64,000 bases of DNA from an uncultured virus (IMG/VR IMGVR_UViG_3300008255_000127) (IMGVR_UViG_3300008255_000127); one strand, 5' to 3'; shown: positions 18,311 through 27,740, numbered from the stretch's first letter. Program-made: numbers and translations. The notes: generated by a model not told the origin, from the sequence alone.

Positions 18311-20186
18311 CGGGGGCCTCCTTCACCGGGGTCTTCCGGGCCGTGCCGCCGATGGAGAAGCCGGTCCACTTCCCAGCCTTGATCTCCTGCCAGAGCTTCT
18401 CGCTCTTGACGAGCCAGCCCATCAGCCACGTCCCCTTCTTGATCTCGCGCCCGCCGACGGTGAAGTCCACCGGGGCGAGGTAGCTCTCGACGAGGACGAC
18501 CTGCTCGTGGAGGCGCATCTTGTGCTGGAGGCCGAGCCGCCCGCTCCCGTTCGAGAAGCTGGCCATGTAGCCGAAGGCGGCCTTTCGGATCGCGTCCTCG
18601 TCGTAGATGTCGCCCTGGGTGTCGGTCTCCTCCGGCTTGAGCACGATGCCGAGAACGTACTGCTCGTCCGCGGCCTTGGCACAGGGTAGCACGACCCCGT
18701 CGGCGCCGTTGACGATGGTGTCGATCTTGATCTCGACCCGGTCGCGCTTCGCCGCCGGCGCCGAGAGGCTGTAGACGGTCCGGCCCTCGGAGGTCCAGAC
18801 CTCGATCGTCTTGACCACCGAGGTGCCAGACGGCACCGCCCCATCCCACTCGGACCCGGCCTCGATGTACTGGATCGTCGCGTGCGGGGTGAAGCCGTCC
18901 TTGTGGGTCTCGGCCTCGATGCCCTCCGACTGCAGCTCCAGCTCGATCGCCCGGCGCAGGGCCTGGACGCCGTCGCCGGCGACCTTGGCGTAGGCGACGC
19001 TGTGCTCGTCGCCGTGGAAGTGCCCCAGCCCGCCGATCTGCACCTCGAACTGCTGGACATTGGCGGCGGCCCGCTCGATGGCGGCCTTGATCTTCGGGAC
19101 CTCGGCGGCCTTCGGATCGCTCTGGAACAGCACGGTGACGTGCGGAGGCATGCGATCGCCGGGCGCGACGTCGGGCTCGTTGGACCTGGGGAACTGCCCC
19201 TTGAGCGCGCCGCGGATCGGGATGATCGCGCAGACGGACCCGGCCTCCACCTTGTCGAGATCCGCGTCGGTCTTCTCGGTCCAGACGCCGACCTCGTACC
19301 CCTCCGAGCGGAAGATCTCGTCGACCGCGGCGGCGGCCTTGAAGGTCGCGTCGAAGTTGGTCACCACCAGGGTCGGCAGCACCTTCGGCCCGGCCACGCC
19401 TCGCATCGTTCGGATGCTGCGGGGCGGGGTGATCGTGCGGACGCTGAAGCCCTCGTGTCCCTTCACCATCGCGGGGAGCTTGCCCCGGATGCCGTAGGTC
19501 AGCACGAACTTCCCCTTGAGCGCCTTGAGGCGCGCGAAGAAGCGCTCCTCGTCGAACTCGCTCTCGTGGACCGCGGCGTTGTAGCCGGCGTAGGGCGGGT
19601 CGAGGAAATGGAAGGTCTCGCGGCTGTCCGCGTCGACCATCACCCGCTCGTAGTCACCCTGGTAGAGATGGGCGTTGGCCAGCCGGGGAGCGAAGCGCTC
19701 GGCGCGCTCGGCCATCTTCCCGGTCTTCCCCTCCGATCCAGGGTCGAAGGACCGCTTCCGCATCGAGCCGTAGCTGAAGCGCGCGACGTAGAGGAAGCGG
19801 TGCAGCTTGGCCAGGGCCGTCGTCGGCCGGCTGTCGTAGACCTTGTGGAAGGTCGTCTTGCGGCCGGTCCAGTCCATCGCCTTGAGACGGGCGAAGTCGC
19901 TCGGGCGCATGCCCTTGAGGATCTTGAGCGCCTCGGCGATGTCGGTCGCGTAGTCGTTGAGCCACGCCTCGGGCGTGACGTCGCGGCCCTCGCAGAAGGT
20001 CCAGAAGACCGAGCCGGCCCCGAAGAACGGCTCGCAGTACTTGGTGACGCCCTCGGGGATCATCGCAACGAGGCGCTTCGCCAGACGAGCCTTGCCCGCC
20101 GGGGAACCCCAAATCGCCACCTTGGCGATCTGCACCTCGTGAGCCGCCTCGAGGGCGAGGTCTTCGATGAGCCCCGGCCCGAACAT
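18303..20186 (-). CDS. Fusion of Dam-like N6-adenine DNA methyltransferase, 2H phosphoesterase and XkdF-like prohead serine protease
   Basis: MTase motifs GSPAGK, YCEPFFGAGSV and FLDPPY. Two HxT motifs (PPHVTV, TPHATI). C-terminal VLGIVL.PE.TD.QGD…QH…VESYLAP…GTW…W..IK.G.WTGFSIGG. Confidence 0.88.
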   Translation of the reverse strand: MFGPGLIEDLALEAAHEVQIAKVAIWGSPAGKARLAKRLVAMIPEGVTKYCEPFFGAGSVFWTFCEGRDVTPEAWLNDYATDIAEALKILKGMRPSDFARLKAMDWTGRKTTFHKVYDSRPTTALAKLHRFLYVARFSYGSMRKRSFDPGSEGKTGKMAERAERFAPRLANAHLYQGDYERVMVDADSRETFHFLDPPYAGYNAAVHESEFDEERFFARLKALKGKFVLTYGIRGKLPAMVKGHEGFSVRTITPPRSIRTMRGVAGPKVLPTLVVTNFDATFKAAAAVDEIFRSEGYEVGVWTEKTDADLDKVEAGSVCAIIPIRGALKGQFPRSNEPDVAPGDRMPPHVTVLFQSDPKAAEVPKIKAAIERAAANVQQFEVQIGGLGHFHGDEHSVAYAKVAGDGVQALRRAIELELQSEGIEAETHKDGFTPHATIQYIEAGSEWDGAVPSGTSVVKTIEVWTSEGRTVYSLSAPAAKRDRVEIKIDTIVNGADGVVLPCAKAADEQYVLGIVLKPEETDTQGDIYDEDAIRKAAFGYMASFSNGSGRLGLQHKMRLHEQVVLVESYLAPVDFTVGGREIKKGTWLMGWLVKSEKLWQEIKAGKWTGFSIGGTARKTPVKEAPDA

Positions 20187-20503
20187 CAGTCGTTGATGTC
20201 GAGCGGCCAGGGCATGGTCGCCGCCTTGGAGGTCTTCGACTTCTCGCCGTCCATGCCCTCCTCGTCCTCGGGCTTCTCGCCGTCGGCGCCGGCCGCGCCA
20301 CCGCCCGCACCGCCGGTGGCCTTCTCCTCGGCCTCCTCACCCTTGGCGCCGGCGTCGGCCGGATCGCCCTTCTCGGGCTCGGCCTTCTCGGGCACCAGCG
20401 CCTTCGCCGCGTCGGCGAGCTGCGTCGCGAGGTCCGTCTTGGCGGCCTCGTCCATCTGCTTGGCGGCGTCGACGATGCCGTCGATCACGTGCTTGAAGCT
20501 CAT
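20186..20503 (-). CDS. Small acidic head-module protein
   Basis: 105 aa with a GGAGG RBS. Ends WPLDIND, resembling the scaffold C-terminus. Confidence 0.65.
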   Translation of the reverse strand: MSFKHVIDGIVDAAKQMDEAAKTDLATQLADAAKALVPEKAEPEKGDPADAGAKGEEAEEKATGGAGGGAAGADGEKPEDEEGMDGEKSKTSKAATMPWPLDIND

Positions 20504-20580
20504 CTCGTAGACCTCCTCGCGGTGAGGGTAGCAGATTGGGGCGTCTGCGACGCCACCATCTTGTCGTCTCTCGCCTCAGA

Positions 20581-21642
20581 CTACAACACGGGAACGGTCG
20601 TCGTCCTGCACAGCCCGTGGTATGGCGGCAGTCCGATCCCGAGCGAGCCAAGGTCGGGGGCTGATCGCAGCCCCTTGAACTTGCCGATCTCATCTGCGCG
20701 CCCGACGGCGGAGTCTACCACCGTCCCGACCGAGATGCGCTCCGCGCCGCGCTTCACCCACATCTCGGTCGTGCCGTCTTCGTTCTTCGACTCGCGCACC
20801 CAGGGCGCCGCGTCCTTGATCTCCTCCGGCGCGGTCAGTCGCTCGGCGTCGGCGAACGCCTGGAGCCCCGCTCCGACGGAGAACTCGGTGCCGTGGATCG
20901 ACCGGCAGAAGTTGGTCGTCACCTCGTCGAGCACCGCCTCGATGCGGTACTTCTCGACGCCGGCCTCGGCGTAGCCGGAGACCTGGGCGAACGACCTGCC
21001 GCGGGTCGTGAAGGCCGCAGCGACCACCTCCCAATAGAAGCCTGAGCGGGCCGCCAGATCCTTGGTCGCCGCAGCCTGCAGCCGGCCAGCGATGTCGGCC
21101 CGGCCGAGGCCCAGCTCGACCCCGTCGGCGACGATCCCGCGCGCGGAGGCGCCGAAGGCGTCGATCCGGCGCCCGTACTCGTCGGTCACGTAGAGGACGT
21201 GGCTGTCGCGGAGGTGCTCGACGATCCGCTCGTCGACGCTGTTGAAGTCGGCCCCGATGGTCAGGCCGGCCCGGCGCACGTCGGCGCGCCCAGCTTCGAC
21301 CACATCTCGAGCCCGAGGAACGACGACCTCCTCGTGTCGGACGGGGATCACGGCCGTCGCGCGCCCGGCTGCCACGAGCGCGTCGTTGACCAGGGCGCTC
21401 CGCTGGGCAGCCGTCGTCGCCTGCCAGTCCACGTCGAGCACCTTGAGCGCCTCGGCCACCGCGTCGCGCTCCGGCTCGGCGGCGCGCCGGCGCAGGGCGC
21501 TGGCGAAGCTGGCCACGGCGCGATCGAAGCCTGCCTTCGAGCCGAGGTTGATCGCCTTGGCGACTGCGTGGACGCCACAGCACCCGGCCAGGATCTCGCC
21601 GGCTGCGTCGGCCCCGGCGCTGACCACGTCGAAGCGGATCAC
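20581..21642 (-). CDS. MuF-like head morphogenesis (minor capsid) protein
   Basis: Motifs AVLDEVTTNFCRSIHG and PPYHGLCRTT. Probable GTG start overlapping the upstream stop. Confidence 0.88.
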   Translation of the reverse strand: MIRFDVVSAGADAAGEILAGCCGVHAVAKAINLGSKAGFDRAVASFASALRRRAAEPERDAVAEALKVLDVDWQATTAAQRSALVNDALVAAGRATAVIPVRHEEVVVPRARDVVEAGRADVRRAGLTIGADFNSVDERIVEHLRDSHVLYVTDEYGRRIDAFGASARGIVADGVELGLGRADIAGRLQAAATKDLAARSGFYWEVVAAAFTTRGRSFAQVSGYAEAGVEKYRIEAVLDEVTTNFCRSIHGTEFSVGAGLQAFADAERLTAPEEIKDAAPWVRESKNEDGTTEMWVKRGAERISVGTVVDSAVGRADEIGKFKGLRSAPDLGSLGIGLPPYHGLCRTTTVPVL

Positions 21643-21878
21643 GACGCAGCCCCTGGGATCTCGACGCCGCGGACGCTGATGTCGCTCCCGCACCGAACGC
21701 ACCCGGCGTTGATGGTCGCCTTGCCGCCCTCCTCCTTGGCCTTCCTGGCCATGTTCCTCCAGCCGCACTTCGGGCAGCGAAGGAAGTAGGCGACCAGCGG
21801 CATCGCCGCCGGCCGGGGAGATCGCATGCCCTCCCCCGGCTCGAGGCACTCGATGCAGTCGTGGCCGACCAGCTTCAC
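21639..21878 (-). CDS. Small Cys-rich (zinc-ribbon) protein
   Basis: Contains CIEC, CPKC and CVRC. Coupled on both sides by 4-nt overlaps. Confidence 0.6.
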   Translation of the reverse strand: MKLVGHDCIECLEPGEGMRSPRPAAMPLVAYFLRCPKCGWRNMARKAKEEGGKATINAGCVRCGSDISVRGVEIPGAAS

Positions 21879-23686
21879 TCGCCCGCCCCCTCCCCCGTCG
21901 GCTTGAACCACGATCGGAACTCGCCGGCGGGGACCTGCAGGGTGATCTCGTCGAGGTCGCCGCCGAGCTGCTGCTGGCGCGCGAGCGCCATCCGGCGGTC
22001 GGCGAGCTGGGCCTTCGCCCGGTCCAGGCGGGACTTCACCTCGAGCATCCGGCGCGCCTCCTGATCGACGTCCACCTCGTCTGAGTCGCCGGCGCCCGGC
22101 GCCATGTCGTTCTGAATGCCGGCCAGGGTGAGCGCGATCGGCTGGTCCATCCAGGGGCGGTTGATCGGCGGCAGCCGGCGGTTGAATGCGTCCTCAATGA
22201 TCGCCCGGCCATCGCGCGGGGTGATCGTCCCGGCCACGACCTGCTCCTTGACCACCTTCGAGAGCCGCTCGGGGTCGCGGGTCACCGGGGTCAGCGACCG
22301 GAAGATGTAGAAGGAGCAGCCGATCGACGGCATGACCCGGCGGTTGATGTAGAAGTCGAAGTCGTCGCGCTCGGGCGCGAAGACCTGATCCTCGCTCAGC
22401 CGGATCGCCGCGTCGGCGGTCGCCCGGTTGAAGTCTCGGGTGTCGCCTCGCATCAGTCGTGGAAGCCGGAACTGCCCGCCGGCCTTGTCGGTGCCGCGCT
22501 CGTCGTAGTTGAGGAAGAGGGCGTCCTTCTGGATCGCGTCGGTCAGCGGCTTCAGTTCGACCCGCATCGCGGTGCCGCTCTTGCCGTCCGACTCGGCCTC
22601 GATCACGAGAATCTTGTGGAAGTTGTCGACCCCCTTGATGTTCTCTTCGATGTGCTTCTTGATCCGCTCCTCGCCGCCGTCGGCCAGGGTGCCGCCCGAG
22701 ACGAGCAGTGCCATCGGGGGGATGCTCTTGTTGTCGAAGAAGAGCAGGTTGACCTTCGCGGCCTTGTAGAGCCCCATCACGTCGGGCAGGGCGCCGATCC
22801 ACCGCGGGACGCCGTAGGGCGTGTCGGGGGCCTCGATCTTGAAATGGACGTACTCGTTGGCGGGCTGGACGCCCTCCTCATCGCGGGCCAGATCCTCGGG
22901 GCTGAAGTAGTAGCGCCCGGTCCTCGGCGACATTACCCGCGGGTCGCCGAACTCCTTGAGGTAGACCTCCTCGGTCGTCCCATCCTCGATGTAGACGACG
23001 CGCCGGCAGCGCTTCGGCAGCGAGGTCTTCGTGACGTGGATCTGGCTGGTCCGCTCCCAATCGTCGACCATCGTGAAGTCGTCGTCGAGCGGCATGAGCT
23101 GGCAGAGGTGGGGCGGGACCAGCTTGAAGCGCGAGGGCTCGCCGCGCCGGTTGCGCAGCACCTCCCAGAAGGCGTTGCCGGTCCCCTCGAGATGCCGGCG
23201 AGTCTCGCGACGCAGCCCGGCGAAGCTCTGCCCGGGCTCGTAGGCGCAGTTGGCGAAGAACGCCTCGGCGCGCGCCTTCTCGATCCGGGCCTTGCGCCGG
23301 ATCGCCTCGACCTCCGCATCCAAGGCATCGCCCTCGGGGAAGGCGGGCTCGATGCCGGAGGTCAGCAGCAGGTTGGCGAAGACCGCCTCGGCGACTTCGT
23401 CCTTCGCGCCCTCGGCCCGCAGGTCGATCGCCGGCTCGAGCCGGTGCCCGAAGCCGTCGATGTTGTTCGCGTAGGCGTCGATGTTCGGGCGGAGCGTGTG
23501 GCTGTCCTCGACCCAGCGGAAGAGGACGGCCATGTCGTAGGGCGGCGGGATGGAACCGACGTTGGCGAACGGCCCCTGGCTCTCGCCACCGCCGACGGTC
23601 TTCGGCTTGCTCAGACCGATCGACCGGACCTTGACGACGGCGGTCTTCGTGCCGTCTGCCTCGTTGATGACCTCCGCGGCGCTCAA
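21875..23686 (-). CDS. Portal protein (PBSX-like)
   Basis: Motifs GNAFWEVLRN, VHFK…YGVPRW, N..FFDN..IP and FNRATA. Probable TTG start at 23686 with a GGAGG RBS. Confidence 0.92.
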   Translation of the reverse strand: MSAAEVINEADGTKTAVVKVRSIGLSKPKTVGGGESQGPFANVGSIPPPYDMAVLFRWVEDSHTLRPNIDAYANNIDGFGHRLEPAIDLRAEGAKDEVAEAVFANLLLTSGIEPAFPEGDALDAEVEAIRRKARIEKARAEAFFANCAYEPGQSFAGLRRETRRHLEGTGNAFWEVLRNRRGEPSRFKLVPPHLCQLMPLDDDFTMVDDWERTSQIHVTKTSLPKRCRRVVYIEDGTTEEVYLKEFGDPRVMSPRTGRYYFSPEDLARDEEGVQPANEYVHFKIEAPDTPYGVPRWIGALPDVMGLYKAAKVNLLFFDNKSIPPMALLVSGGTLADGGEERIKKHIEENIKGVDNFHKILVIEAESDGKSGTAMRVELKPLTDAIQKDALFLNYDERGTDKAGGQFRLPRLMRGDTRDFNRATADAAIRLSEDQVFAPERDDFDFYINRRVMPSIGCSFYIFRSLTPVTRDPERLSKVVKEQVVAGTITPRDGRAIIEDAFNRRLPPINRPWMDQPIALTLAGIQNDMAPGAGDSDEVDVDQEARRMLEVKSRLDRAKAQLADRRMALARQQQLGGDLDEITLQVPAGEFRSWFKPTGEGAGE

Positions 23687-23886
23687 CGGCCGACCTCCAC
23701 GTAGACGATCAGCCCGCGCGCGCCATGCGAGATGCTTCGGATGGCGGCCCCGCCCCTCTCCAGCCGAGCCCGGGCGGCGGCGCGCAGGTCGTCCTGCGTG
23801 CGACCCTCGACCTCGAAGGTCCGCTCGGACTTCCGGGCCTGCTTCGTGCGCTTGCTGACCATGAAGATTTCGACGGTCGCCTTCAT
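23683..23886 (-). CDS. Small hypothetical protein
   Basis: 67 aa, translationally coupled between terminase and portal. Confidence 0.6.
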   Translation of the reverse strand: MKATVEIFMVSKRTKQARKSERTFEVEGRTQDDLRAAARARLERGGAAIRSISHGARGLIVYVEVGR

Positions 23887-25379
23887 CCGAACACCCTGAC
23901 CCGCACGCGCCCTCGGCTCGGCGGCGCGGGCTCCTCCTGGCAGGCGAGGGCCACCGACCAGAACATATCGGCGTGGCCACCCTCGGTTCTACCGGCATCG
24001 TACCGCACATTGCCGGATGCCGTGACCTGCTTGCGCACGGCGTGGATCTGCGCGGCCAGCCGGCGGCGGCGCGGCAGGAGCACTCGGCGCTCCTGCATGA
24101 GCGTCTTGAGGCGGATGGCCCAGCGCTCCTTGCTCGCCAGGGTGAAGGTCTCGGGCCGAACGATCAACGGGAACTCCTCCACCAGTTCCTCGGAGAGTTG
24201 GAGGCCCATGCCCGTGCTGTCGATGGAGAGGCGAGCGAGCGGCAGCGTTTTCAGCAGCCGGCGGAGGTACTCGCGCTGCTTGCGGAAGGCCGTGCGAGCC
24301 ATCTCAACCTGCAGGCGTGTGAAGTAGTGCCCGCCGATGCTCTCCATGACCGTGACCGAGGTGAGGTCGCGCTTCCGGCCGATGTCGACCCCGGCGACCA
24401 GCCGGCCGATCGGCTTGGGCACCATCTCGGGCTCCTCGGCCACGAGGATGTGCTCCCGAGTCAGCGGCTCGCCGGGCTCGGGCTCGTCGAGCATGCAGGA
24501 GAGGATCAGGTCGTAGGGCAGGAAGGCGGTGCTCTCGTCGATGAAGACGCACTCGAACTCCTGCTGGAACGCCTCGACCCCGAGGGCCTCGAGCTGGTCT
24601 TGGATCGCCTCCGTGCCGAACCGGGCCACACGCTCGTGGGTCGGCATCCGGTTGACCTCGAGGCTCGCCCGCAGGATGTCGTGGCAGAACTGCTCGCAGA
24701 GCCACCAGGGGTAGCTGAACCGGCTGAACTTCCGATGACGCCCGCCCTCTCGCGACGAGATCTCCCAGAACTTCCCCCGCTTGCCGAGCGGCGTGCTGCA
24801 GATCGTGAGCTGCCCGCCGGACCGCGCGATCAGCGCCGTCGCGCCGCGGTAGATCTCCTCGTCGTTCGGGCAGTGCGCGAACTCGTCGAGGTAGCAGTCG
24901 CCGTCCTTGCCGCGCGGGGCCTTCGCCGGCAGCGAGATCATCCGGCTCTGGTGCCGGCGCCCGCCGGTCCTCGGCTCGAACGCCAGCTCGGTCTTCGTGT
25001 CCACCGCGAGCCGCTTCTGGTAGGCCAGCGGCAGATCCTCGTGGACCGCGCGCGCCTCGTGGATGATCTCCTTGGCGTCGGCGAGGTTGTAGGAGACGTA
25101 GACCGCCTTGTGGCGCTCGCGGAGGTGGCATCGGGCCAGCCCCTCGAGCGAGCACATGAAGCTGAAGCCGATCCGCCGGCTCTTGTTGGCGTGGCGGAAC
25201 CGGGGCCGCCGGCCGTCGCCCTTGGTGAAGTCGAGGAACTCGCGCTGGAACGCCTCGAGCTGCAGCTCGTCGTCGGCGTACCGGCCGAACGCCTCGAGGA
25301 AGCCCGCCTCGGTCGCGATCCAGTCGTTGAACTCCTGCTCGTCACGCCGGACGATGATCTGAGGCGAAGCGTGGCTCAT
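23883..25379 (-). CDS. terL: Terminase large subunit (Mu gp28-like)
   Basis: Walker A-like KSRRIGFS, Walker B YLDEFAH, CSTPLG, FQQEFEC, nuclease GVDIGRKRD and C-terminal HAD.FWS.ALA. Confidence 0.95.
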   Translation of the reverse strand: MSHASPQIIVRRDEQEFNDWIATEAGFLEAFGRYADDELQLEAFQREFLDFTKGDGRRPRFRHANKSRRIGFSFMCSLEGLARCHLRERHKAVYVSYNLADAKEIIHEARAVHEDLPLAYQKRLAVDTKTELAFEPRTGGRRHQSRMISLPAKAPRGKDGDCYLDEFAHCPNDEEIYRGATALIARSGGQLTICSTPLGKRGKFWEISSREGGRHRKFSRFSYPWWLCEQFCHDILRASLEVNRMPTHERVARFGTEAIQDQLEALGVEAFQQEFECVFIDESTAFLPYDLILSCMLDEPEPGEPLTREHILVAEEPEMVPKPIGRLVAGVDIGRKRDLTSVTVMESIGGHYFTRLQVEMARTAFRKQREYLRRLLKTLPLARLSIDSTGMGLQLSEELVEEFPLIVRPETFTLASKERWAIRLKTLMQERRVLLPRRRRLAAQIHAVRKQVTASGNVRYDAGRTEGGHADMFWSVALACQEEPAPPSRGRVRVRVFG

Positions 25380-25444
25380 GCCGCTATCATCGCGATCTGG
25401 ACCGCCTGTTGCAAGACGGGCCGGCCGGTATGGAGGGGACCCCC

Positions 25445-26035
25445 ATGTACGAGCACCTCACCCCCGGCGTTAGCATCGCCGCCCGGACCCTCATGGTCAC
25501 CCGCGAGATCCAGGCGCGCGGCTACTCGATCCGCGGTGGCACCCACCCCACCCGGTCGATGACGAACCCGATCACCAGGGTGATCACCCTCCGGGCCGGG
25601 ATGCTCGAGCCGGGCTCGAGCAGCGACGTGGATCTGCTCGCGCTGCTCGCGCACGAGGGCCACCACGTGGAACAGCAGGCCGGCCGGCTCGTCAAGCGGA
25701 TGTGGTGGGGGACCCGCTACCTCGTCTTCGGCGTCCTCGGCGCGCTGATGATGCTCGCCGGCGCCCCCCTGGCCTTCGCCTCCCCCTGGATGCTCCTGCT
25801 GCTGCCGGCCGGACTCGGGCTCGCGCTCTGGTCCAACAGCTTCCGCCTCGCGGTCGAGATCGAGGCCGAGGCGATGGAGCTGGCCACCCGTCGAGCGGCC
25901 GGCCAGACCAGAGCCAAGCCCAGCCACAAGCTCGGCGGCTTCCGGCTGCCCTACCTCATCCTTCGGAACCCGAAGCGCATCGACGCCGAGATCGAGGCCG
26001 GCGCCGACGAGCTGATCAGCATGGCAGGTCGCTGA
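25445..26035 (+). CDS. Membrane-anchored HExxH zinc metallopeptidase-like protein
   Basis: GGAGGGG RBS. LLAHEGHHVEQ, then two hydrophobic segments and E.EA. Oriented opposite to its neighbours. Confidence 0.6.
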   Translation: MYEHLTPGVSIAARTLMVTREIQARGYSIRGGTHPTRSMTNPITRVITLRAGMLEPGSSSDVDLLALLAHEGHHVEQQAGRLVKRMWWGTRYLVFGVLGALMMLAGAPLAFASPWMLLLLPAGLGLALWSNSFRLAVEIEAEAMELATRRAAGQTRAKPSHKLGGFRLPYLILRNPKRIDAEIEAGADELISMAGR

Positions 26036-26627
26036 CCCCAGCCTCGAGGTCCTCGGCGGTGGGGTGGGTGTAGCGCTGGGTCGACCTGATGTCGGCGTGC
26101 CGGGCGAACATCTGGACCAGCAGGATGTCGCGGTGCCGGCGCCAGAGGTTGGTGCAGGCGGTGTGCCGGAGGTTGTGAAAGGTCAGCGGCCGATCGATCT
26201 CCGCCCGCTGCTGCCAGATCCCGAAGTTGTGCCGGATGGCTCGCTCCGAGATCCGCTTGCGGCGGTTGGAGCAGAAGACCGGGTCGTCCGGCCCGGTCTC
26301 GAACCCCTCCGACTCCATCCTCTCCCGGTGCGCGACCAGCTTCTCGCGGACGCGGTCGTTGAGCGTGATGACCTGCTGCTCGGCGCGCGTGTTCGAGGTC
26401 TTGAAGACCCGGAGCCGGACCCGCTTGCGAGGAAGGCGCTGCCCGGGCTTGAAGAGGTCGCCGAAGTTGAGGGCTGCGATCTCGAACTCGCGCAGCCCTG
26501 TCGCCAGGGCGATCGAGATGATGACGTGGTCCCGGGCGCCCCGAACGTGGTCGGCGGTCACCTTCAGCAGTCGGGCCACCTCGGCGCGCGTGAAGGTCTG
26601 GACTCGGTCGCTGGCGTCTTGCCGCAT
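26016..26627 (-). CDS. Tyrosine recombinase (catalytic domain only)
   Basis: 203 aa. TGLREFEI, FHNLRHT and RHADIRSTQRY provide the R, HxxR, H and Y catalytic residues. Confidence 0.92.
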   Translation of the reverse strand: MRQDASDRVQTFTRAEVARLLKVTADHVRGARDHVIISIALATGLREFEIAALNFGDLFKPGQRLPRKRVRLRVFKTSNTRAEQQVITLNDRVREKLVAHRERMESEGFETGPDDPVFCSNRRKRISERAIRHNFGIWQQRAEIDRPLTFHNLRHTACTNLWRRHRDILLVQMFARHADIRSTQRYTHPTAEDLEAGVSDLPC

Positions 26628-26668
26628 CTGGCTCTCCTCCCCTGCCCCGGCCTCCAGGGCACATGGAC

Positions 26669-26697
26669 ACCGTACCGGATGGCGCGTCCGGCATCAA
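26669..26697 (-). promoter_or_regulatory. Repeated promoter/operator element, copy 1
   Basis: TTGATG-CCGGAC-N5-ATCCGG-TACGGT, upstream of the recombinase. Confidence 0.75.
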
Positions 26698-26714
26698 GAG
26701 GAAGTCGGCAATTC

Positions 26715-27740
26715 TTAGAGGTGGTCCCGAAGGACCCGGATCGGGACGCGACCGGGCTTCCGCCCATGCTGCCCGGGCTCCTCCCAGGCTTCGCCGAAGA
26801 CGATGCGCTCGGCGTCGATGCGCCCGGTGACCGTGAACCCGATCCAGGCGAACTTCGACGCCTTCTCGCCGGCCCGGCGTTCCACCGCGCCTCGTCGCTC
26901 GATCGTCGTGTAGTTGAGCTGGGCGAGGGGGTCGGAGGCTCTGGCCTCCATCAGCAGGGCCAGGGCGCCGGCCGGCGGGTTGCGCGGCTCGGCCATCGAG
27001 ACGCGCCGGCTCCGGCTGGCCTTCGTCCATCCGGGGCGCTCTGCGGCGATGCGCTCGTCGAGGTAGGCGGCCCGGTGCTCGAACCCCTCGGCGACGCAGG
27101 TCTTCAGCCGATCGGAGCCGTGCTCCATGATCCAGTCGACCCGGGCCTTCTCGGCGATCTGCTCGCGGAGCAGGGTGATCTCGCCGTCGACGAGTCGCTC
27201 GAGCTGGTTGGACGGGCCGGCGGCGGCCAGAGACTCGCGCATCGCCGTCGCGTCTCCGCCGATGCGCTCGATCTCGGCGATGCCAGACTCGATGCCTTCG
27301 CGAAGGCGGTCGGCCCGCTCGCGCCGAGCCGCCTCCGTCTTCAGCCGGCGGGCCTCCTCGGCTCGGGCTCGGACCTCGGCTGCGCGCGCCTCGTAGTCGG
27401 ACACCGCATCGCGGCGGCGGCGCTCGTCCTCGAGCATCGCGCAGAGGTCCGGGCTGTGGGTGTCGAAGAGCGTCACCCGCTCGACGAGGGCGGCCCCATC
27501 CACCACCGGAACCGGCGCGGCCCCATCCTCCGTCCAGTCGCGATGGCCGACCTCGACACGAGCCTTCCCATCGGGCGAGAAGGTCGCGAGGTCCACCGCG
27601 AGCCCCCATGCCTCGGCCCCCTCATCCACCGGGCAGACCACACGCTGAGTCGGGTCGAGCCCGCGCTTCATCTTCTCCCGCTGCCCGGCCTCCGAGAGCA
27701 GGAAGATCACGTCGATCGCCTTCATGGCGTCCTCCTTCAT
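26715..27740 (-). CDS. Hypothetical coiled-coil protein
   Basis: 341 aa with coding-like composition. Confidence 0.6.
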   Translation of the reverse strand: MKEDAMKAIDVIFLLSEAGQREKMKRGLDPTQRVVCPVDEGAEAWGLAVDLATFSPDGKARVEVGHRDWTEDGAAPVPVVDGAALVERVTLFDTHSPDLCAMLEDERRRRDAVSDYEARAAEVRARAEEARRLKTEAARRERADRLREGIESGIAEIERIGGDATAMRESLAAAGPSNQLERLVDGEITLLREQIAEKARVDWIMEHGSDRLKTCVAEGFEHRAAYLDERIAAERPGWTKASRSRRVSMAEPRNPPAGALALLMEARASDPLAQLNYTTIERRGAVERRAGEKASKFAWIGFTVTGRIDAERIVFGEAWEEPGQHGRKPGRVPIRVLRDHL

